A DNA stretch of 64,000 bases from Pecten maximus. Taxonomy: Eukaryota. Made by a program: the position numbers and the translations under genes. The DNA lies in the NCBI RefSeq assembly GCF_902652985.1, contig NC_047018.1, positions 27,590,001-27,654,000 on the forward strand, given 5' to 3'. This document shows positions 13,101 through 26,300 of the stretch, in pieces (position 1 is the stretch's first letter; every line of letters begins with the position of its first letter). The notes under the pieces are model-generated. The model worked only from the letters and a program-made list of their open reading frames with translations, had not been told where the DNA came from and made no database searches.

Positions 13101-15813
13101 TGTACTTAGATGTTTGACTGTTTGTCCGTACTGAGATGTTTTATTGTTTGTCTGTACTAAGATGTTTTATTGTTTGTCCGTACTAAGATGGTTGACTGTT
13201 TGTGCGTACTGAGATGTTTTATTGTTTGTCTGTACTAAGATGTTTTATTGTTTGTCTGTACTAAGATGTTTTATTGTTTGTCCGTACTAAGATGTTTTAT
13301 TGTTTGTCCGTACTAAGATGGTTTACTGTTTGTCTGTACTAAGATGTTTTACTGTTTGTCCCTACTAAGATGTTTTACTGTTTGTCTGTACTAAGATGAT
13401 TTACTGTTTGTCTGTACTAAGATATTTTACTGTTTGTCTGTACTAAGATGTTTTATTGTTTGTCCGTACTAAGATGTTTTACTGTTTGTCTGTACTAAGA
13501 TGTTTTACTGTTTGTCTGTACTAAGGTTTGATGGATGTTTGACTGTTTCTCCGTATTAAGATGTTTTACTGTTTGTCTGTACTAAGATGTTTTAATGTTT
13601 GTCGGTACTTAGATGTTTGACTGTTTGTCCGTACTAAGATGTTTTATTGTTCGTCCGTACTAAGATGTTTTACTGTTTTTCCGTACTAAGATGTTTTACT
13701 GTTTTCCGTACTAAGACGTGTTACTGTTTCTCTGTACTAAGATGTTTTACTGTTTGTCCGTACTGAGATGTTTTATTGTTTGTCTGTACTAAGATGTTTT
13801 ATTGTTTGTCCGTACTAAGATGGTTGACTGTTTGTGCGTACTGAGATGTTTTATTGTTTGTCTGTACTAAGATGTTTTATTGTTTGTCTGTACTAAGATG
13901 TTTTATTGTTTGTCCGTACTAAGATGTTTTATTGTTTGTCCGTACTAAGATGGTTTACTGTTTGTCTGTACTAAGATGTTTTACTGTTTGTCCCTACTAA
14001 GATGTTTTACTGTTTGTCTGTACTAAGATGATTTACTGTTTGTCTGTACTAAGATATTTTACTGTTTGTCTGTACTAAGATGTTTTATTGTTTGTCCGTA
14101 CTAAGATGTTTTACTGTTTGTCTGTACTAAGATGTTTTATTGTTTGTCTGTACTAAGATGTTTTATTGTTTGTCCGTACTAAGATGTTTTATTGTTTGTC
14201 CGTACTAAGATGTTTTACTGTTTGTCCGTACTAAGATGTTTTACTGTTTGTCTGTACTAAGATATTTTACTATTTGTCTGTACTAAGATGTTTTACTGTT
14301 TGTTTGTACTAAGATGTTTTACAGTTTGTCTGTACTAAGATGTTTTACTGTTTGTCTGTACTAAGGTTTGATGGATGTTTGACTGTTTCTCCGTATTAAG
14401 ATGTTTTACTGTTTGTCTGTACTAAGATGTTTTAATGTTTGTCGGTACTTAGATGTTTGACTGTTTGTCCGTACTAAGATGTTTTATTGTTCGTCCGTAC
14501 TAAGATGTTTTATTGTTTGTCCGTACTAAGATGTTTTACTGTTTGTCCGTACTAAGATGTTTTACTGTTTGTCTGTACTAAGATGTTTTACTGTTTGTCT
14601 GTACTAAGATGTTTTACTGTTTGTCTGTACTGAGATGTTTTATTGTTTGTCTGTACTAAGATGTTTTATTGTTTGTCCGTACTAAGATGTTTTATTGTTT
14701 GTCCGTACTAAGATGTTTTACTGTTTGTCCGTACTAAGATGTTTTACTGTTTGTCTGCACTAAGATGTTTTACTGTTTGTCCGTACTAAGATGTTTTATT
14801 GTTTGTCTGTACTAAGGTTTGATGGATGTTTGACTGTTTGTCCGTATGAAGATGTTTTACTGTTTGTCTGTACTAAGATGTTTGACTGTTTGTCTGTACT
14901 TAGATGTTTGACTGTTTGTCCGTACTGAGATGTTTTATTGTTTGTCTGTACTAAGATGTTTTATTGTTTGTCCGTACTAAGATGTTTTATTGTTTGTCCG
15001 TACTAAGATGTTTTACTGTTTGTCCGTACTAAGATGTTTTACTGTTTGTCTGTACTAAGATGTTTTACTGTTTGTCCGTACTAAGATGTTTTACTGTTTG
15101 TCCGTACTAAGATGTTTTACTGTTTGTCCGTACTAAGATGTTTTACTGTTTGTCCGTACTAAGATGTTTTACTGTTTGTCCGTACTAAGATGTTTTACTG
15201 TTTGTCCGTACTAAGATGTTTTACTGTTTGTCCGTACTAAGATATTTTACTGTTTTTCCGTACTAAGATGTTTTACTGTTTTCCGTACTAAGATGTTTTA
15301 CTGGCTGTCTGTAATAAGATGTTTTACTGTTTGTCTGTACTAAGACGTGTTACTGTTTGTCAGTACTAAGATGTTTTACTGTTTGTCCGTACTAAGATGT
15401 TTTATTGTTTGTCTGTACTAAGATGTTTTACTGTTTGTCTGTACTAAGATGTTTTACTGTTTGTCCGTACTAAGATGTTTTACTGTTTGTCTGTACTAAG
15501 ATGTTTTACTGTTTGTCCGTAATTAGATGTTTTACTGTTTGTCCGTACTAAGATGTTTTACTGTTTGTCCGTACTAAGATGTTTTACTGTTTTCCGTACT
15601 AAGATGTTTTACTGTTTGTCCGTACTTAGATGTTTTACTGTTTGTCCGTACTAAGATGTTTTACTGTTTGTCCGTACTAAGATGTTTTACTGTTTGTCCG
15701 TACTAAGATATTTTACTGTTTGTCTGAACTAAGATGTTTTACTGTTTGTCCGTACTAAGATGTTTTACTGTTTGTCCGTACTTAGATGTTTTACTGTTTG
15801 TCCGTACTAAGGT
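7186..15813. repeat. 26-bp satellite (GTACTAAGATGTTTTACTGTTTGTCC), >300 copies, with 35-bp and 17-bp variants and a ~3.25-kb higher-order duplication
   Basis: Visible units; rare variants recur at fixed offsets (GTGCTAAG 7705/10951, CGAACTAAG 7981/11227, TATGAAG 9806/13051). Confidence 0.98.
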
Positions 15814-16241
15814 TTATGAGAGTGATTCCATGTTGATTTATTGCAATGCTTGCCGAATCGTTTACTGTTTATTCATGGCAAAGCTACGAATGAGAAATGT
15901 ATGTTTAATTGCAAATTATTTAGCTCCCTGTGATAGTTGCACCCCACAAGTCGGTATACACGGAAATACACGTTGCATTATCTTGTCTCACGAATTATTT
16001 CAGTAATTCGATATAGAGTTGTGAATTTATTAATTATATCGTTGATTATGGTAATTGTTTGATTACAGATTTGAACGGTTTACATGTATAAGGTTATATT
16101 CTGCATAGGTTGTTCATTATTTCCGACGAAAATCACAGGAAAGTAATTAAATACATCCATAATGAAAACGTTTATTTATTTTATTATTATTATTATTATT
16201 ATTATTTTGTCTTGTGTAGGTTTTCAAGAAGCAGTCTCTAA

Positions 16242-17036
16242 ATGGATCCCTTATTTGGACTTCCGGTTGTGAAAGAATCCCGGGCAATGGAGAGCGCAAG
16301 AAACCGGAACCGAACACAACAGCGACGCCTTGGCTCTCAGTTACTGAAATTACACTCCAAGCTAGAGTGTAACACGTCACGTATCATACAGAACAAGAAT
16401 GTGGCTTTGGACCTCTGGAATGTTATCCACCCTCCCACTCTCAACAAAAATGCCGTCTGCCCATCCGGTCTCACTAACCGGGAGAAGTTGGTATACAAAC
16501 ACATGCGGAAGTCTGGTCCTCTCAGTATGTCGCTTGAGGAATTTGATAAAAAGATGGACGAGTTAAAGAATATAATTGCCCAAAGCAGGCAAATTGTTAA
16601 AGCTGAAAAGTTACCAAAGAAGGGACGGAGGAATAGCGAGGTTGTAACCGGAAGTACTAGACGTGCTAGTATCATACCGGACGACCAACAAATACGCTCC
16701 CCGCTCATCAATAGGAAACACAAGATGAAGGAAGCCCTGGAACGCTTAGAGACGGCAGATGTTCGTATCAAGAACCAGAACCCAAGTGACCAGTACAAAT
16801 CTGAGTCGCGCAGGCATAGTTCAGTACTTCCGTCCCTTCCAGGCGGAAGTCGAAACGGTACTTCCGATAACAACAGAAATCATTCAAATGGTCGGCCAAG
16901 AAGAAACTCCGTAGCTGTTGTGTCACTTGAAACTCCTGAAAATGATCGCAATCTGAGTTCGTCATCAGAGGAGAGAAAACAAACAATGGAAGATGTGAAA
17001 ACTCTCATGGGGCAATTGGCGATACATTGGACGTAA
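16242..17036 (+). CDS. Uncharacterised 264-aa basic protein; predicted N-terminal helical/coiled-coil region and disordered C-half with four RRxS motifs
   Basis: Non-repetitive 795-nt ORF, GC above flanks, acceptor TTTTGTCTTGTGTAG ending 16219, in-frame TAA just before the ATG, AATAAA at 17354. Confidence 0.8.
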   Translation: MDPLFGLPVVKESRAMESARNRNRTQQRRLGSQLLKLHSKLECNTSRIIQNKNVALDLWNVIHPPTLNKNAVCPSGLTNREKLVYKHMRKSGPLSMSLEEFDKKMDELKNIIAQSRQIVKAEKLPKKGRRNSEVVTGSTRRASIIPDDQQIRSPLINRKHKMKEALERLETADVRIKNQNPSDQYKSESRRHSSVLPSLPGGSRNGTSDNNRNHSNGRPRRNSVAVVSLETPENDRNLSSSSEERKQTMEDVKTLMGQLAIHWT

Positions 17037-17353
17037 ACATTTGTTGTGGGATGAAATGAAATATAAACAGAATGTGGCAAGTCGTTTTAATAACGCGAAC
17101 GCGAATGAAATTCGTACTCAGTAAATATGTAAAGGATAGTTGATATTACAGAGAACCATCCGAGAGCTTGCAACGTTTAAAACTGGATCTGATCAAAGAC
17201 AAACACACAACAAACTGTTGACATATTTTAGATTGAAATCCCTGCTGCTGTTACCGTGAAATGAACCGATCCAAGCTAGTTGTCATGACGTCATTACATA
17301 TTTGTTCACTGACAACACAAGGATGCTCGGCTCATATGCTATGATTAAGAACC

Positions 17354-17359
17354 AATAAA
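17354..17359 (+). terminator. Candidate polyadenylation signal AATAAA of the 264-aa gene
   Basis: Canonical hexamer ~320 nt after the stop codon. Confidence 0.5.
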
Positions 17360-18172
17360 ACGGTACCCATCTACCGTGCATGTAGTTCTAGTATTATCTC
17401 TGGTGTATATTGGAATTAAACTAATAACTGTTAGTTTGTTTTTTTCTTAATTTTTAGTTAACCTCGCCCGAAGAATATGTGACCGTGACATGGCGCCCCG
17501 TCAGTTGTAGATCATTTTGTCTTTATGTAACGGAAGTGGACCGGTTGAGCGCGGGTTGATTAGTGGATTTCGTGGCTTGATGGATCCTAACGTACATGTA
17601 TCTTACTTGGCAGTTAACGTCAATTGTACAAGAATGCAAGTCAAGGACTTGGGTAGTAATTTCTAGTGGCTATGAACGGACACCACAGAAAAAAGTCCAA
17701 ACTAAACGATATTACATACGAACTCAATATTGCGTTCGAACGAAATACATATTTACTGCGTGGTTATAGGTATACATATCTGTAATACTTCGTTAGAACG
17801 TCTTTTAACGTTTTAATTGATAAATATTTTGTAACTATAAAAAAAAATGTTTAAATGTCTTTGTATGTCATTAAAAACCTATGAAACTTTCACCTCGACT
17901 ATTACGAGAGAAATACATTTTTGCATGTTGAAAATTGGTAGGTAATTATTATCAATAAGACAGCGAAAAACAAAAGTCGAGGAAGTTTTACAAATTCATT
18001 TATTCACATTGAAAGTCGTTTCCTAACAACGAAATATATATTTTTTCATGTGAATATCGTAGCTCTTGTGATCTGATCTGCCGGTTGTTATATAAATATA
18101 TATCTATAATTAATTTTTCTTTGTTTTCATGGTAAATACTCAAATGCGATTGGTCGAAAAATTCTTTTCATT

Positions 18173-18424
18173 TAAGAAATAATTGTTATTTTTTGTTGTT
18201 CAATGGTGTATGAACGGCATTTTTTGACAGATATTTCAACATGACGCGCGTCATTGTTATTTTTTGTTGTTCAATGGTGTATGAACGGCATTTTTTGACA
18301 GATATTTCAACATGACGCGCGTTTTTTGACAGATATTTCAACATGACGCGCGTCATGTTGAAATATCTGTCAAAAAATGCCGTTCATACACCATTGAACA
18401 ACAAAAAATAACAATTATTTCTTA
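18173..18424. mobile_element. Fold-back (palindromic) non-autonomous element with internal partial duplications of the left arm
   Basis: TAAGAAATAATTGTTATTT...AAATAACAATTATTTCTTA termini; ~75-bp arms centred on CATGACGCGCGTCATG (18342-18357). Confidence 0.75.
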
Positions 18425-18880
18425 TAATTACATTTCAAAACTATTTTTCAATGTAATCTTTGAAAAAAATCATAAGAAACAGTATTCTACGTTCGTTATA
18501 CGTAGTGACGAAACAGCTGAATGATCGATGTAACAGCGTAACAGATAGTTCCAATTTGGCGGGAAAGGTAATCAAGTACACAAGTACACAAAATATAGTT
18601 CCACACAATTTCATTATTTTAATCATCATGAAAGAAAAATATTGAAATGTTGTCTTCAATTTTACAATTATTAACAAGTTTTAAAGTTGAAAAAACATTA
18701 TTTCATGTGTAATCAAACGCGATTTTATATTCACACTTCTGCATTCTCAATGTTGACGTTGGCACCGTCAACAATGTACTGTATGTATTCATACGCGGCA
18801 GGTTAATTGTTCACCTAGGAATGAACGCTAATTTTGTTAGTACCTTCATATAGAGAACACACAATGGAAATGTAAATATT

Positions 18881-19040
18881 TAAGCATTGAACTGCTTTCA
18901 TTTGAAAGTTATGGGCTGATGAATGCCAACTGGACAAAGGCAAATTTAATGAAGCGCGCTAGCGCTTCATGTTGAATTTGCCTTTGTCCAGTTGGCATTC
19001 ATCAGCCCATAACTTCCAAATGAAAGCAGTTCAATGCTTA
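18881..19040. mobile_element. 160-bp near-perfect palindrome (MITE-like), TAAGCATTG...CAATGCTTA
   Basis: Arms are reverse complements around GAAGCGCGCTAGCGCTTC; symmetry extends into the flanks (AAATGTAAATA / TATTTACATTT). Confidence 0.8.
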
Positions 19041-20028
19041 TATTTACATTTGACAACGAATTTGAAAGACTATATCCAGGAATTTTACTCTGATAATGAA
19101 TAAACAAATTATTATCGTCAAAGACGGAACAGCCTTTTCAACAGCCATCTTCCGTTATCGCCGACGTTACAATATTATGACGTCCCTATAATAATGACGT
19201 CATAATAAAAGTTATGGACTCATAACTTCCAAGTGAGCTTGGTAAAGTTATATAGTGGGGCTGCAGTGTAAATGTAAATAATTTTATTTCATCTGTTACA
19301 CTCATTTTCATTGGTTGGAAAATTAAGGTTATTTCTTCATAGCCCGAAAATATTTACGTCATTTTTAATGACGTAATACACGTAGAACTACTTTTGACGT
19401 CGTCTGCTTGCGACTATCAATGTGTCGTTCAACGTCGGATATTTTCGGATTGGTTATCGAACAGAATATCGATTATAAAGTCATCGGAGATACGAAAGCT
19501 CTATCAGAAGCTACAGTCGAGAATGTTCTGCAAACCAAAAACGTGTAATCAGCAACACTTTAGCTTCGATAATCAATCAAAACTGCGGCCATAATCAAAA
19601 TGGCGTAGGCCCACTTGTGGCCGCGGAAAATACAACTTGCCTCTGATACCGTCCAACTCATACGCCTCCTCGATTAGCAATGTTCTGTCATCGGGGATGT
19701 TTTCCAACTCATCTTTCAATAACTGAGTGTTTAATTTTCCTCACAAGGCTCTTACATATAAACAAACATTCCAGTGTTTCTGATTTGTTAGCCTACAGCA
19801 CCGTGAGTGACTGTTGACTGCGTCCTCAGACTAGTGCGAACTGGATCAAACCGGTTCGGCATGATCGTTTTCGCGGGAAATTTTAAAAGCGGCACAGTTA
19901 TTGGCCTCAATGAACCGCTGGTGTAATATTGAGGCGCCGCACATCAATCTATTAATTTGTTCAAATAAATTGAATAAATGATGGTTTATGTCTAATAAGC
20001 ATTGTTTTTAGTTATTACAATAAAATTA

Positions 20029-20142
20029 TAAGCATTATTCTCAATTTATTTTTGGTTTACGAAAACGTCTATGAAAAAGAATGCCCATCCGTTTTTTTGT
20101 CTATGACTTCATAAACCAAAAATAAATTGAGAATAATGCTTA
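20029..20142. mobile_element. Short TIR element TAAGCATTATTCTCAATTTATTTTTGGTTTA...TAAACCAAAAATAAATTGAGAATAATGCTTA
   Basis: 31-bp perfect inverted repeats. Confidence 0.75.
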
Positions 20143-20305
20143 AATATTCTTCTATGAAAGAAATTCCGAGAATGGCGCGAAAAATGTGACGTCACAATAC
20201 AATTGACGTTGCGTATTGATTTGAGAAAAAGAATCCCATTTAAAACCAGTAAAATTGTACATAAAACATGTTTTAAATTAGAAAATCATTTTCAAAAATT
20301 AATTA

Positions 20306-20387
20306 TAAGCGTTGATGTCATTTTTTTAAGTTTCATCGGGGTATGAAACAAATTTTGTTTGTTGAAAAAAAATGACATCAATGCTTA
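20306..20387. mobile_element. Short TIR element TAAGCGTTGATGTCATTTTTTT...AAAAAAATGACATCAATGCTTA abutting the 42-bp satellite
   Basis: 22-bp inverted repeat with one mismatch. Confidence 0.65.
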
Positions 20388-20392
20388 AATAA

Positions 20393-23300
20393 ATCGTGAT
20401 AAATTAACCGTGGGACACAAGGTAGATACTATAGATCGTGATACATTAACCGTGGGACACAAGGTAGATACTATAGATCGTGATACATTAACCGTGGGAC
20501 ACAAGGTAGATACTATAGATCGTGATACATTAACCATGGGACACAAGGTAGATACTATAGATCGTGATACATTAACCGTGGGACACAAGGTAGATACTAT
20601 AGATCGTGATACATTAACCGTGGGACACAAGGTAGATACTATAGATCGTGGTACATTAACCATGGGACACAAGGTAGATACTATAGATCGTGATACATTA
20701 ACCGTGGGACACAAGGTAGATACTATAGATCGTGATACATTAACCGTGGGACACAAGGTAGATACTATAGATCGTGATACATTAACCGTGGGACACAAGA
20801 TAGATACTATAGATCGTGGTACATTAACCGTGAGACACAAGGTAGATATTATAGATCGTGGTACATTAACCGTGGGACACAAGGTAGATACTATAGATCG
20901 TGATACATTAACCGTGGCACACAAGGTAGATACTATAGTTCGTGATAAATTAACCGTGGGACACAAGGTAGATACTATAGATCGTGATACATTAACCGTG
21001 GGACACAAGGTAGATACTATAGATCGTGATACATTAACCGTGGGACACAAGGTAGATACTATAGACCGTGATACATTTACCGTGGGACACAAGGTAGATA
21101 CTATAGATCGTGATACATTAACCGTGGGACACAAGGTAGATACTATAGATCGTGATACATTAACCGTGGCACACAAGGTAGATACTATAGATCGTGGTAC
21201 ATTAACCGTGAGACACAAGGTAGATACTATAGATCGTCTGATACATTAACCGTGGGGCACAAGGTAGATACTATAGATCGTGATACATTAACCGTGGGAC
21301 ACAAGGTAGAAACTATAGATCGTGATACATTAACCGTGGGACACAATGTAGATACTATAGACCGTCTGGTACATTAACCGTGAGACACAAGGTAGATACT
21401 ATAGATCGTGTTACATTAACCGTGGGACACAAGGTAGATACTATAGATCGTGATACATTAACAGTGGGACACAAGGTAGATACTATAGATCGTGATACAT
21501 TAACCGTGGGACACAAGGTAGATACTATAGATCGTGATACATTAACCGTGGGACACAATGTAGATACTATAGATCGTGATACATTAACCGTGGGACACAA
21601 GGTAGATACTATAGATCGTGATAAATTAACCGTGGGACACAAGGTAGATACTATAGACCGTCTGATACATTAATCGTGGGACACAAGGTAGATACTATAG
21701 ATCGTGGTACATTAACCATGGGACACAAGGTAGATACTATAGACCGTCTGATACATTAGCCGTGGGACACAAGGTAGATACTATAGATCGTGATACATTA
21801 ACAATGGGACACAAGGTAGATACTATAGATCGTGATACATTAACCGTGGGACACAAGGTAGATACTATAGATCGTGATACATTAACCGTGGGACACAAGG
21901 TAGATACTATAGATCGTGATACATTAACCGTGGGACACAAGGTAGATACTATAGATCGTGATACATTAACCGTGGGACACAAGGTAGATACTATAGATCG
22001 TGATACATTAACCGTGGGACACAAGGTATAAACTATAGATCGTGATACATTAACCGTGGGACACAAGGTAGATACTATAGATCGTCTGATACATCAACCG
22101 TGGGACACAAGGTAGATACTATAGATCGTGATACATTAACCGTGGGACACAAGGTAGATACTATAGATCGTGGTACATTAACCATGGGACACAAGGTAGA
22201 TACTATAGATCGTGATACATTAACCGTGGCACACAAGGTAGATACTATAGATCGTGATACATTAACCGTGGGACACAAGGTAGATACTATAGATCGTGAT
22301 ACATTAACCGTGGGACACAAGGTAGATACTATAGATCGTGATACATTAACCGTGGGACACAAGGTAGATACTATAGATCGTGATACATTAACCGTGGGAC
22401 ACAAGGTAGATACTATAGATCGTGATACATTAACCGTGGGACACAAGGTAGATACTATAGACCGTCTGATACATTAACCGTGGGACACAAGGTAGATACT
22501 ATAGATCGTGGTACATTAACCATGGGACACAAGGTAGATACTATAGATCGTGATACATTAACCGTGGGACACAAGGTAGATACTATAGATCGTGATACAT
22601 TAACCGTGGGACACAAGGTAGATACTATAGATCGTGATACATTAACCGTGGGACACAAGATAGATACTATAGATCGTGATACATTAACCGTGGGACACAA
22701 GGTAGATACTATAGATCGTGATACATTAACCGTGGGACACAAGGTAGATACTATAGATCGTGATACATTAACCGTGGGACACAAGGTAGATACTATAGAT
22801 CGTGATACATTAACCGTGGGACACAAGGTAGATACTATAGATCGTCTGATACATTAACCGTAGGACACAAGGTAGATACTATAGATCGTGATACATTAAC
22901 CGTGGGACACAAGGTAGATACTATAGATCGTGATACATTAACAGTGGGACACAAGGTAGATACTATAGATCGTGATACATTAACAGTGGGACACAAGGTA
23001 GATACTATAGATCGTGATACATTAACCATGGGACACAAGGTAGATACTATAGATCGTGATACATTAACCGTGGGACACAAGGTAGATACTATAGATCGTG
23101 ATACATTAACCGTGGGACACAAGGTAGATACTATAGATCGTGGTACGTTAACCATGGGACACAAGGTAGATACTATAGATCGTGATACATTAACCGTGGG
23201 ACACAAGGTAGATACTATAGATCGTGATACATTAACAGTGGGACACAAGGTAGATACTATAGATCGTGATACATTAACCGTGGGACACAAGGTAGATACT

Positions 23301-26300
23301 ATAGATCGTGATACATTAACCGTGGGACACAAGATAGATACTATAGATCGTGATACATTAACCGTGGGACACAAGGTAGATACTATAGATCGTGGTACAT
23401 TAACCGTGGGACACAAGGTAGATACTATAGATCGTGGTACATTAACCGTGGGACACAAGGTAGATACTATAGATCGTGGTACATTAACCGTGGGACACAA
23501 GGTAGATACTATAGATCGTGATACATTAACAGTGGGACACAAGGTAGATACTATAGATCGTGATAAATTAACCGTGGGACACAAGGTAGATACTATAGAT
23601 CGTGATACATTAACCGTGGGACACAAGGTAGATACTATAGATCGTGATACATTAACCGTGGGACACAAGGTAGATACTATAGATCGTGATACTTTAACCA
23701 TGGGACACAAGGTAGATACTATAGATCGTGATACATTAACCATGGGACACAAGGTAGATACTATAGATCGTGGTACATTAACCGTGGGACACAAGGTAGA
23801 TACTATAGATCGTGATACATTAACCGTGGGACACAAGGTAGATACTATAGATCGTGATACATTAACCGTGGGACACAAGGTAGATACTATAGATCGTGGT
23901 ACATTAACCATGGGACACAAGGTAGATACTATAGATCGTGGTACATTAACCGTGGGACACAAGGTAGATACTATAGATCGTGGTACATTAACCGTGGGAC
24001 ACAAGGTAGATACTATAGATCGTCTGATACATCAACCGTGGGACACAAGGTAGATACTATAGATCGTGATACATTAACCGTGGGACACAAGGTAGATACG
24101 TGATACATTAACAGTGTGACACAAGGTAGATACTATAGATCGTGATACATTAACCGTGGGACACAAGGTAGATACTATAGATCGTGGTACATTAACCATG
24201 GGACACAAGGTAGATACTATAGATCGTGATAAATTAACCGTGGGACACAAGGTAGATACTATAGATCGTGATACATTAACCATGGGACACAAGGAAGATA
24301 CTATAGATCGTGATACATTAACCGTGGAACACAAGGTAGATACTATAGATCGTGATACATTAACCGTGGGACACAAGGTAGATACTATAGATCGTGATAC
24401 ATTTACCGTGGGACACAAGGTAGATACTATAGATCGTGATACATTAACCGTGGGACACAAGGTAGATACTATAGATCGTGATACATTAACCGTGGAACAC
24501 AAGGTAGACACTATAGATCGTGGTACATTAACCGTGGGACACAAGGTAGACACTATAGATCGTGATACATTAACCATGGGACACAAGGTAGATACTATAG
24601 ATCGTGATACATTAACAGTGGGACACAAGGTAGCTACTATAGATCGTGATACATTAACCTCGGGACACAAGGTAGATACTATAGATCGTGATACATCAAC
24701 CGTGGGATACAAGGTAGATACTATAGATCGTGATACATGAACCGTGGGACACAAGGTAGATACTATAGACCGTGATACATCAACCGTGGGACACAAGGTA
24801 GATACTATAGATCGTGATACATTAACCGTGGGACACAAGGTAGATACTATAGATCGTGATACATTAACCGTGGGACACAAGGTAGATACTATAGATCGTG
24901 GTACATTAACCATGGGACACAAGGTAGATACTATAGATCGTAGTACATTAACCATGGGACACAAGGTAGATACTATAGATCGTGATACATTAACCGTGGG
25001 ACACAAGGTAGATACTATAGATCGTGATACATTAACCGTGGGACACAAGGTAGATACTATAGATCGTGATACATTAACCGTGAGACACAAGGTAGATACT
25101 ATAGATCGTCTGATACATCAACCGTGGGACACAAGGTAGATACTATAGATCGTGATACATTAACCGTGTGACACAAGGTAGATACTATAGATCGTGATAC
25201 ATTAACCGTGGGACACAAGGTAGATACTATAGATCGTGATACATCAACCGTGGGATACAAGGTAGATACTATAGATCGTGATACATTAACCGTGGGATAC
25301 AAGGTAGATACTATAGATCGTGATACATTAACCGTGGGACACAAGGTAGATACTATAGATCGTGATACATTAACCGTGGGACACAAGGTAGATACTATAG
25401 ATCGTGATACATTAACCGTGGGACACAAGGTAGATACTAGAGATAGTGGTACATTAACCGTGGGACACAAGGTAGATACTATAGATCGTGATACATTAAC
25501 CGTGGGACACAAGGTAGATACTATAGATCGTGGTACATTAACCGTGGGACACAAGGTAGATACTATAGATCGTGATACATTAACCGTGGGACACAAGGTA
25601 GATACTATAGATCGTGATACATTAACCGTGGGACACAAGGTAGATACTATAGATCGTGATACATTAACCGTGGGACACAAGGTAGATACTATAGATCGTG
25701 ATACATTAACCGTGGGACACAAGGTAGATACTATAGATCGTGATACATTAACCATGGGACACAAGGTAGATACTATAGATCGTGAAACATTAACCGTGGG
25801 ACACAAGGTAGATACTATAGATCGTGATACATTAACCGTGGGACACAAGGTAGATACTATAGATCGTGATACATCAACAGTGGGACACAAGGTAGATACT
25901 ATAGATCGTGGTACATTAACCGTGGGACACAAGGTAGATACTATAGATCGTGATACATTAACTTTGGGACACAAGGTAGATACTATAGATCGTGATACAT
26001 TAACCGTGGGACACAAGGTAGATACTATAGATCGTGGTACATTAACCGTGGGACACAAGGTAGATACTATAGATCGTGATAAATTAACCGTGTGACACAA
26101 GGTAGATACTATAGATCGTGATAAATTAACCGTGTGACACAAGGTAGATACTATAGATCGTGATACATTAACCGTGGGACACAAGGTAGATACTATAGAT
26201 CGTGATACATTAACCGTGGGACACAAGGTAGATACTATAGATCGTGGTACATTAACCATGGGACACAAGGTAGATACTATAGATCGTGATAAATTAACCG

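Noticed and set aside
16337-16873. 178-aa antisense ORF, and antisense ORFs within 39667-42162
   Set aside because: Shadow ORFs opposite genuine coding sequence.
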